From positions 128,001 through 192,000 of the forward strand of contig CAWGMA010000003.1 of NCBI GenBank assembly GCA_963823555.1: 64,000 nt of DNA. The letters are read 5' to 3'. This stretch comes from Candidatus Eiseniibacteriota bacterium. Its GTDB lineage: Bacteria; Eisenbacteria; RBG-16-71-46; CAVPCR01. Every line of letters begins with the position of its first letter. Position 1 is the stretch's first letter. Below, in pieces: positions 39,777-47,714 of this stretch. The position numbers and the translations under genes were made by a program. The notes below the pieces were generated by a model. That model was not told where the DNA came from and did not search any database. It saw only the letters and a list, made by a program, of their open reading frames with translations.

Positions 39777-42700
39777 TTACTGCAGCAACACCATCTTGCG
39801 GACAGCCGCCCGGTCCGGCGTGACGAGCTTGTAGAGGTAGATCCCGCTCGCCACCGGCGCACCGCGCTCGTCCCGTCCGTCCCAGGCCACGACGTGGGTG
39901 CCGCCGGCGAGCTGGCCGCTGACCAGGCTGCGAACGGCCCGCCCCGCCACATCGAAGATGGTGAGCGCGACCGGCGCTTCCGATTCGAGCGTGAAGCGAA
40001 TCGTCGTCGCCGGGTTGAATGGATTGGGCGCGTTCTGATCGAGGCCGAAGCGGAACTCGGCGCTTGCCTCGGAGCCGATACCCGTGGGACCCGCGTTCAC
40101 GGGAACTCTGAGACTCGCGGCTCCACCCCAGGCCCCACCCTGGTCCTTGGCGCGCACCCACAGGGTCACGAAGTCCTCGCCGAAGGTTCCCGCTGGAATC
40201 TCCGCCATGACGCCGACCGTGATCGTGCCGAAGTCACCGGTCATGGCCGTGCCGGTGCCGGCCGGGGCGGGGTTGAGGCCGGCCGACCACTCGGCAGCGA
40301 GGATGTTGGAGCCCCCCGTGTTCGCGTCGGTCACGGTGGCCGCGAGGGATGTCGCCTCGCTGGCCCGGATGGGCAGCGGATCGACCGCGATCGAGCCCGC
40401 CACCACCACCGGTCCGGTCAGATCGCCGCCCGGGAGATGGAGCGTGAGATCTCCGTTCGAGTCATCGCGCCCGCGGAGAGAGGGCGATCCGTTGTCGGTG
40501 ATGGCGACTCGGATCCGGTAGCGGGTGCCGTTGGGGAAGCCCGCCGGATTCCAGGAGTAGGGCGGCGGGCCCGGAGCCGCCGCGACCAGGTTCCACGACT
40601 CGCCTCCGTTCGAGCTGACGTGGATGGTCCGCGATGCGACCGTGAATCCGGCGGCCGCCGATTCGGTCCAGGAGATGGCCACCGGGCCGCTCGTGATCAC
40701 CTCGCCCCCGTCCGGCCCCGTCACGGTGACATCCGGATGATCGTGGCCGATGAGCCAGATCAGGGTCCGGTCGAGGATGTCCGCTCGCGCCTCGTCATCG
40801 GGGACAACGGCATTCAGATGCGCCCACTCGTAGAAGTTGGTGGAGATCTTCGTCGGCTGCCCACCCCACACGGCACTACCGGGATCACCCGCAGGCATTG
40901 CGCCTGTGAAACGAATGGCAATGTCATCGGGAGAGGTGTCGTTGTTCCGCCAGCTGGCCAGCGCGGTGCCGCCGACCGGGTTGGGGTTGATCTCGTCGCC
41001 GGCGGCCCCCGAACGGTGCGGCGTGTAAGGAATGCCTGCGGTGTAGGTGCCGCTGATCGGGTCGCCGGCGATGCCGAGGACCGAGCTCCAGGTCGCCGGG
41101 TCGGCCTGCCAGATGGCCTTGAGCTCGGTCTCGAACCAGGCCTTTCGCGCCGGGGAGTAGTCGGGAGAGCTCGGTTCCGAGAAATCCCAGGCCACATCGT
41201 GGGAGAAGATGGCCCAGCGGGCTCCGCCGGCGTTCAGGGCGGTGAGCGTGTCACGCGCGGCATCGGTGATCACCGGGTACTGCTCGAGGCCCGGCTGCCA
41301 GACGACGGCCTTGAAGGAGCGCAGTCCGGAATCGAGATTGCCCAGGCGCGGCGGGCTGGCGAGAGCTCCCTCCCAGATCGCGTGGGCCCACCCGCGGGAC
41401 GAGAGCGCCGTCTCGTAATAGCCCCTCTTGTCGAAGGAGCTGTCGGTGATGACCACGAGAACATCGCGTCGCGAATCGGTCGTGAAGCGGTAATGGACTC
41501 CCCCCGCGTCGTCGCGCACGCCGTTCCCCTGATGATCCACGGATTCGACGTCGAAGTAATAGGTCTGGTTCGTTGCGAGCCCGGTGATCGTGACCGCGTG
41601 CGTGGTGACCAGGGCCGGCTCGAGCTCGGTCTCGGCGCCGAGGAGCGGCGTCGTCCCGTAGTAGACCCTCGAGCTCGCGGGCGTTGAGGTGAGCCACGTG
41701 ATGGTGGCTCCATCCTGGCTCTGGTTGCCGGCGTGCACTGCGGTGATCACAGGACCCAGGAGATTGACCGTGGCGCGGGCCGCGATTGGATTCGGGTCGA
41801 GGTAGGTCACGGTGATCTCGTCGCCATTCGACACCTGGATGCGACCGTCCGCCGCCGGAGCGGCGAGGGAAATCGGGATCGCGCCGGTGAAGATGCCGTC
41901 CCCCCCGTCGAGGCTCACCACTTCCGGCGTCGACTCGGTGGTGGAGCTGACGCTCACGGTCAGCGGCAGCGCTGCATCCGGGTCGGTGACGCGGATGGCC
42001 ACCGTGTCCTCGGCGCCGTAGGCGGCCTGATTCAGCTCGACCACGGCGAGGCCGCTCGCCAGCCCACCGGTGACCACCAGCGCGAAAGGCTGCGGGCCGA
42101 AGGGAACGTTCGCGGCCTCCACCCTGAGGATCCACGTGCCCGCGGATGGCAGGTTGCGCTGGACGCACTCCTCGACGTTGATGGCGTCGGCGGTCCCGCC
42201 GGTCGACGACTGGCCGGCGGCATAGAAGTTGCCGCGGTAGACCGCTCCACCCGGCTCGGTGGCGATGAGGTCGAGGTTGTTGACCAGGTTGATCGCCGCG
42301 GCCGGCGTCGAGGGGTAGTCGGTCCAGACCAGGGTCGCCTCGATCGGCTGCGTCGCGTCGGTGACCTCGACCGCGAATTCGACATACTCGCCGGTGAGAA
42401 GGCCGGTCGTGAAGTCCACGAGCGCCGTCCGCCGGGTGTCACCGGCGAAGTAGAGCACGTTGTCGGTGAGCACGCGGCCCCAGCCGATGCGATTGGAGGG
42501 GATCGAGTAGCCGCTGACCGAATTGTCCCCGGAGTTGACCACCATGGCCTTGAGCAAGGCCGCCGACGGCGTGAAGCCGTTGGCCGGCACCTTGGCGCCG
42601 GTCGGGTACCAGCCCTCGGTCAAGTACTGGCGCATCAGCGCGGCGGCGCCCGCCATGGCCGGCGTCGCCATGCTGGTGCCGGAGAGCGAGGCATAGGAGG

Positions 42701-44216
42701 CGTCCCCGCTGAAGAAGGCGCTCGAGACCGCGACCGCCGGTGCGCAGACGGTCGGCTTCAGTCGGCCGTCGTCCGCCGGGCCCCCCGAGGTCGAGCTGTA
42801 GATGGTGTTGGCCGCCGTGCCGTTGCCGGTTCCGCCGGCCGATACGCAGTTCTTGGCGGTTGCCGGGCTTCCCACTGTCCCCGTGCCGCCCGAGTTGCCG
42901 TCGGCGAAGAAGGGGAGGAAGTCGGGGTGCTCCCACATGAACTGGTCGACCGTCATGGCCTGGAAGTCGTAGTCGCCGGCAGCGGCTGATCTGCTCCACG
43001 AGTTCGACATGATGCGCGCCCCGCCCGCGGCATTCCCGGTGTAGGGGAGGACGAGGAGATCGTTGAGGTCGATCGGCACGTAGATCGCGACCGGGTCGCT
43101 GCCACCGCCATCGCAGAAGTAGAGCTGCGCCGCGGGCGCCATGCCGTCGCGGAGATCGGTGGCGAACGGTGAGTCGTCCCCGGCGACGGTGCAACCGGTG
43201 TGGGTGCCGTGTCCGCTCTCGTCGCCGAAGAGGATGCGCGGATCCTCGTTCGTCTTCACATAGGCCACGAGCTTGCGATGATCCGGGTACTGGCCGTAGC
43301 CGGTGATGGAGATCACGGGATCGCGGAACTGATTGTGCGTGGTGCGGATCCCCGAGTCGGCCGTCGAGACCATCTGGCCCTCGCCGCGGATGCCGAGGTC
43401 CCAGATGCGGCGGTCCGAGCTGACCCAGGTCTGCACCACCCACTGCGCGTTCGAGTTGACGATGCGGTTCGGGTGCCAGGGCTCGATCCATGCCACCGCC
43501 GTCTCCCGCGCCAGGTCGGGTAGGATGTCGCTTCCGGCCTGGAAGCGGATGAGCTGGTTCCGCCCGCGCGAGCGCTCGACGACGTTGCCGCCGAGGGTGG
43601 CGATGCGCGCGGCGATGATGTCGGCGGGTTCGCCGTCGAACACCTGGAGGACGTAGCTGTCCCCCCGGCGGCCGGGCGCCATCTCGGGAGCGGCCGCCAG
43701 CTTGTAGGCCGGGTGGTAGGCGCCGGTCCACTCGACTCGGGGCATGCGCGCGATGGTCTCGCGCGCGCCGGCGGGAAGGCGGACCAGGAAGGCGTCGTGC
43801 GGGAGATAGGCATGGATGCGGCCGCCGAGGGATTCGAGATCAGCCTTCCATTCGGCCTCGATCGGGCCGGCGAACTGGACGATGAAGTATCCCGCCGCGT
43901 CGGATCCGGGGTCGCCGCGGAGGGCATCCGGAAGAGGGGGCTCGCCCATGCGGGTGTCGAAGCGGATACCGCTGGCAAGGGTGATCATGGTCCGGTCGGC
44001 TACGGGATCGGGCTGGGTCCGCCCGCGACGGATCACCGAGATCCGGTCCCCGTGGCCGCCGGGCTTGCTCTCCATCCTCGAGGTGAAGGCGGGGCCTGGC
44101 GTGTTCGCCACCCGGTTGGCGCTTTCTCCGGACAGGGCATGAAAGGCGATCGCGAATGCCGCCAGGGCCACGCAACCGAGGAAACGCAGAGAGCGATCCA
44201 GTGTCGGGCGATGCAT
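39777..44216 (-). CDS. Large secreted S8 subtilase (KP-43-like) with jelly-roll, FN3/Ig domains and FlgD-Ig/T9SS-type CTD (about 1479 aa)
   Basis: Triad ADSG / GHGTHTG / SGTSMATP; 'PATAKNCVSAG'; 'LVWTDYP..LVNNLDL'; CTD 'QNAPNPFNPATTIRF..IFDVAGRAVRSL..WDGRD..ASGIYLYKL..RKMVLLQ'; GAGG before ATG 44216. Confidence 0.94.
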   Translation of the reverse strand: MHRPTLDRSLRFLGCVALAAFAIAFHALSGESANRVANTPGPAFTSRMESKPGGHGDRISVIRRGRTQPDPVADRTMITLASGIRFDTRMGEPPLPDALRGDPGSDAAGYFIVQFAGPIEAEWKADLESLGGRIHAYLPHDAFLVRLPAGARETIARMPRVEWTGAYHPAYKLAAAPEMAPGRRGDSYVLQVFDGEPADIIAARIATLGGNVVERSRGRNQLIRFQAGSDILPDLARETAVAWIEPWHPNRIVNSNAQWVVQTWVSSDRRIWDLGIRGEGQMVSTADSGIRTTHNQFRDPVISITGYGQYPDHRKLVAYVKTNEDPRILFGDESGHGTHTGCTVAGDDSPFATDLRDGMAPAAQLYFCDGGGSDPVAIYVPIDLNDLLVLPYTGNAAGGARIMSNSWSRSAAAGDYDFQAMTVDQFMWEHPDFLPFFADGNSGGTGTVGSPATAKNCVSAGGTGNGTAANTIYSSTSGGPADDGRLKPTVCAPAVAVSSAFFSGDASYASLSGTSMATPAMAGAAALMRQYLTEGWYPTGAKVPANGFTPSAALLKAMVVNSGDNSVSGYSIPSNRIGWGRVLTDNVLYFAGDTRRTALVDFTTGLLTGEYVEFAVEVTDATQPIEATLVWTDYPSTPAAAINLVNNLDLIATEPGGAVYRGNFYAAGQSSTGGTADAINVEECVQRNLPSAGTWILRVEAANVPFGPQPFALVVTGGLASGLAVVELNQAAYGAEDTVAIRVTDPDAALPLTVSVSSTTESTPEVVSLDGGDGIFTGAIPISLAAPAADGRIQVSNGDEITVTYLDPNPIAARATVNLLGPVITAVHAGNQSQDGATITWLTSTPASSRVYYGTTPLLGAETELEPALVTTHAVTITGLATNQTYYFDVESVDHQGNGVRDDAGGVHYRFTTDSRRDVLVVITDSSFDKRGYYETALSSRGWAHAIWEGALASPPRLGNLDSGLRSFKAVVWQPGLEQYPVITDAARDTLTALNAGGARWAIFSHDVAWDFSEPSSPDYSPARKAWFETELKAIWQADPATWSSVLGIAGDPISGTYTAGIPYTPHRSGAAGDEINPNPVGGTALASWRNNDTSPDDIAIRFTGAMPAGDPGSAVWGGQPTKISTNFYEWAHLNAVVPDDEARADILDRTLIWLIGHDHPDVTVTGPDGGEVITSGPVAISWTESAAAGFTVASRTIHVSSNGGESWNLVAAAPGPPPYSWNPAGFPNGTRYRIRVAITDNGSPSLRGRDDSNGDLTLHLPGGDLTGPVVVAGSIAVDPLPIRASEATSLAATVTDANTGGSNILAAEWSAGLNPAPAGTGTAMTGDFGTITVGVMAEIPAGTFGEDFVTLWVRAKDQGGAWGGAASLRVPVNAGPTGIGSEASAEFRFGLDQNAPNPFNPATTIRFTLESEAPVALTIFDVAGRAVRSLVSGQLAGGTHVVAWDGRDERGAPVASGIYLYKLVTPDRAAVRKMVLLQ

Positions 44217-44419
44217 GAATACCTCTTCCGCTGGCAACGGGGGTCGGGGGTGCCGGATCCATCCGGCCCCGGGGGCTTCTGGGGCGTCTGGGCTGCCCCT
44301 TCCTGGCGGTAGCAGTGGATCATAGCCGAGCCCCCGCCGGGGAGCCAGTGGCAGGTCGGCAGCCGCCGCACCATCCGTTGCGCTATGCTCCAGCGAGATC
44401 GGTCCCGGTCGAGAAAGTG

Positions 44420-46972
44420 ATGAAGGCAAGGGGCTTTCGGGGTTCGGGCTTTCTCCTGGCAGTTCTGGCGGCAGCCATGCTGCCCGCCGCCATGGCGCGC
44501 GCGGCCGGTCCGCCCTTGAAGCCGGCGCCGGTTCTCACGATCGAGCGGGCCACACGTCAGGAGATGCCCACCCGCACCTTCGACGTGCACCATCTGAAGC
44601 TCGAGCTCGCGCTGGATCCGGAGGCCGGGCGGATCTCCGGCGAGGCGACCCTGACCCTGAGCCCGCTCAGCGGTTCGATCACCGAGGTCCCGCTTCATGC
44701 CGCGGACCTGGCCATTGAAGCCGCCTGGATCGAACGGGAAGGGACCATCGACAGCGCGGGCACCGCAGTCGAACCCGGGCTCCTGCGCGTCGCCCTGCCG
44801 CGAAGCGCCGCCCCCGGGGAGACGCTCCGGGTGCGGGTGCGCTACACCGCGCATCCTGCGACCGGTCTCACCTTCGTCGCCGCCGATCCCGCCGGCGGCC
44901 GCTCGCTCCAGATATGGAGCCAGGGTGAAGCCGAGGAGAATCGCTTCTGGTATCCGGCGTGGGACTACCCCAATGACCGGGCGACGAGCGAGCTCGTGGT
45001 CACGGTGCCGGAAGGCCTCACCGCGGTCGGCAACGGCCTCCTGGTCGCCCGGCGCGAAAACCCAGATCGCACCGTGACGTTTCACTGGCGCGAGGACCAT
45101 CCCCACGTCAACTACCTGTTCTCCCTCGCCGTGGGCGATTTCGTCCGGCTGCCGGCGCAGGCCGGCGAGGTTCCGCTCGAGGTCTATGTCGAGCGCGGGC
45201 TCGAACCGCTCGCCGAGCGGAGCTTCGGCCACACCGCCGATATGGTGCAGACGTTCGCCCGGGCTTTCGCTCATCCCTATCCGTTCGAGAAGTACGCCCA
45301 GGTCACGGTGCGCGACTTTGCCTACTGGGGCATGGAGAACGTGAGCGCCACGACGCTGATGGAGCGGACCCTGCACGATGAGGCCGCGCACCTCACGTAC
45401 ACCTCGGACGACCTCGTGGCGCATGAGCTGGCGCATTCCTGGTTCGGCAACATGATCACCTGCCGGAGCTGGAGCCAGCTCTGGCTCAACGAGGGTTTTG
45501 CGACCTACGCCGAGGCGATCTACTACGAGGCCCGGTGGGGAGAGGAGGGCCTGGTCGACCGCCTGCTGAATGACCGCGAGAACTACCTCGAGGAGTACGA
45601 GGAGGACTACCGGCGGGCCATCGTCACCGATGTCTTCGTCGAACCGGTGGACCTCTTGGATGCCCACACCTACAGCAAGGCAGCTCTGGTCTTGCACATG
45701 CTGCGGAAAGAGCTCGGCGAGGAGGTGTTCTGGACGGCGCTCCACCGCTATGTCGCCGCCTTTGCCTGGAGGGAAGTCGAGACATCCGATCTGCGTAGGA
45801 TCTGCGAGGAAGTGTCGGGGCGCGATCTCGGCGTGTTCTTCGACCAGTGGCTCTACCGCAGCGGCCACCCTGTGCTCGCGGCGAGCTGGTCCTGGGACCG
45901 CGAGCTCGGGCAGGTCGAAATCGAGATCGAGCAGACTCAGGGAGTCGACGATTCGCCGTTGTTCTTCGACACGGCGCTCGACATCCGCATCGTGACGGCG
46001 GTTCCGGACGCCGGCCGGCCGGAGGTCGTGGACCATCGCGTGCGCCTCCGGGGCGCGCGGGAGACGTTCCATTTTCCGGCGGCGGCGCGTCCCAGCTTCG
46101 TCCAGCTCGATCCGGCCGGCTGGCTCCTCGCCGAGATCGACTTCCAGAAGCCGGCCGCCGAGTGGGCGCTCGAGCTGGCCAGCACCACGGAGGTTCTGGG
46201 GCGCGTGGCGGCGGTTCGCGCGCTCGGTGCATTCCCCGGAGACACGACGGCGCTCGCCGCGCTCGCCCGTGCCCTGCGCGAGGACACCTCGCGGCACGTG
46301 CGCGCCCGGGCCGCGGCCAGTCTCGGCGAGCTCGGCACCGAATCGGCGCTCGACACGCTGGCCAGCGGACTGGCCGATCCCGATGCGCGTGTCCGCCTGG
46401 CCGTGGCCACGGCGCTCGGCGAATTCGCCTCGGCGCGCGCGGCGGACCGCCTGCTCGATCTCATCGACCGCGATCCGAGTCCGTATGTGGTCGGCGCCGC
46501 CGCCGAGGCGCTGGGTGCCACCGGGGATGTACGGGCGCACCAGCGTCTCTTGCATCTCCGGCAGCGGAGCGCCCACGCCGACGAGATCGCGCGTGGCGCC
46601 TACGCCGGCCTTGCCGCCCTCGAGGATGAGGCCGTGCTGCCGGATCTCATGCGCGGCACAGGCGAGGACATACCGGGTGAGGCCCGGCGCGCGGCGATCC
46701 TTGGGCTCGGCACCCTGGCATCTGAGTTGCCCGAGCGACGACCGGAGATCCAGGCGCGGCTCGTGGGGCTTCTCGACGCGCCGTTGCTCGACACCCGGCT
46801 CGCCGCGATCGAGGCCATGGGGGAGAGCGGGGATCCGGGTGCCCTGCCGGTGTTGAGCCAGCTTGGACGGAGCGCGTGCGGGGAGTTAGTGCGAGCGACG
46901 GCACGGCATGCTGCCTGGCACGTCGCCCATGCCGAGGATTCAGCCGGCAAGACCGCGGACAAGGAGGATTGA
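44420..46972 (+). CDS. Exported M1-family aminopeptidase with C-terminal HEAT repeats
   Basis: Signal peptide; (W)GMEN; HELAHSW-x-NEG zinc motif; YSKA; repeats such as '[17 protein letters not shown]'. Confidence 0.93.
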   Translation: MKARGFRGSGFLLAVLAAAMLPAAMARAAGPPLKPAPVLTIERATRQEMPTRTFDVHHLKLELALDPEAGRISGEATLTLSPLSGSITEVPLHAADLAIEAAWIEREGTIDSAGTAVEPGLLRVALPRSAAPGETLRVRVRYTAHPATGLTFVAADPAGGRSLQIWSQGEAEENRFWYPAWDYPNDRATSELVVTVPEGLTAVGNGLLVARRENPDRTVTFHWREDHPHVNYLFSLAVGDFVRLPAQAGEVPLEVYVERGLEPLAERSFGHTADMVQTFARAFAHPYPFEKYAQVTVRDFAYWGMENVSATTLMERTLHDEAAHLTYTSDDLVAHELAHSWFGNMITCRSWSQLWLNEGFATYAEAIYYEARWGEEGLVDRLLNDRENYLEEYEEDYRRAIVTDVFVEPVDLLDAHTYSKAALVLHMLRKELGEEVFWTALHRYVAAFAWREVETSDLRRICEEVSGRDLGVFFDQWLYRSGHPVLAASWSWDRELGQVEIEIEQTQGVDDSPLFFDTALDIRIVTAVPDAGRPEVVDHRVRLRGARETFHFPAAARPSFVQLDPAGWLLAEIDFQKPAAEWALELASTTEVLGRVAAVRALGAFPGDTTALAALARALREDTSRHVRARAAASLGELGTESALDTLASGLADPDARVRLAVATALGEFASARAADRLLDLIDRDPSPYVVGAAAEALGATGDVRAHQRLLHLRQRSAHADEIARGAYAGLAALEDEAVLPDLMRGTGEDIPGEARRAAILGLGTLASELPERRPEIQARLVGLLDAPLLDTRLAAIEAMGESGDPGALPVLSQLGRSACGELVRATARHAAWHVAHAEDSAGKTADKED

Positions 46973-46974
46973 TC

Positions 46975-47112
46975 ATGATCATGACCACGACGCCGACCAT
47001 CGAGGGCAAGCGCATCGCCGACTACAAGGGAGTGGTGACGGGCGAAGCGATCCTCGGCGCCAACGGCAGCATGCTCATGGTGAGCGTGAGCGGCACCGCC
47101 GTCGTCATCTAG
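46975..47112 (+). pseudogene. ybjQ: YbjQ/UPF0145 gene with an in-frame internal deletion (45 aa)
   Basis: AAGGAGG RBS; the N-terminal '[30 protein letters not shown]' is fused directly to the C-terminal '[15 protein letters not shown]'; the family's central part (about 60 aa) is absent. Confidence 0.8.
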
Positions 47113-47714
47113 CGCACGGTGAAGGTGGCGCTCGAACCACCGAGCGGCACCGTCGTCGACCCGCCGTTGACGCCCGTGGCGCTGGCGACGCGGAGGGATG
47201 AGGTCCCGGTGGCCGCGTTGCTGGCGACCTCGACCGTGGCGGTGACCACGATCCCGTCGCCGGGCGGGATCTCGGATGTGCCATTCAGGTCCACGAGGAT
47301 CACGCGGGCCAATCCGCCCGCGATCTCGTTCACCTGAGCGTCGAAGTCCGCGGCGCGGGCGCCGGCGCCGGCCGCGGTCACGCTCAGAAGGGCGGCGTCA
47401 TAGCCGAGGTCGAATTGCAGCCCGGTGAGCGAGCTCGTGTTCTCGAGCCGGAAGCTCACCGTGACGGCGGCTCCTGGCGCCCCGGCGGCATCATCGATGC
47501 GAAGGACGTTCGTCAGGTCGGGGGTGAAGGGTGGCGGCCCGTTGCCATCGTCGTCATCACCCCCGCCGCAGCCGGCAAGGAGAATGAAGGAGAGAACCGC
47601 CGTGGCAAGAGCGCACCGGCGCAGCGAGGGTATCGATCGGACGCTCATCGTGGCTGCCAAGGGTTGTCCTCCTCCTTGCGGTGTGCTCGCCGGGTGATCG
47701 GCCGTGTTGCTCAT
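47109..47714 (-). CDS. Lipoprotein with a single cohesin domain
   Basis: Lipobox LLAG-C, then GGGDDDDG and a Pro linker. Cohesin-type sequence '[35 protein letters not shown]...[27 protein letters not shown]'. Start is ATG 47714 (coupled to the protease stop) or TTG 47660/ATG 47648 after AAGGAGGAGG. Confidence 0.82.
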   Translation of the reverse strand: MSNTADHPASTPQGGGQPLAATMSVRSIPSLRRCALATAVLSFILLAGCGGGDDDDGNGPPPFTPDLTNVLRIDDAAGAPGAAVTVSFRLENTSSLTGLQFDLGYDAALLSVTAAGAGARAADFDAQVNEIAGGLARVILVDLNGTSEIPPGDGIVVTATVEVASNAATGTSSLRVASATGVNGGSTTVPLGGSSATFTVR

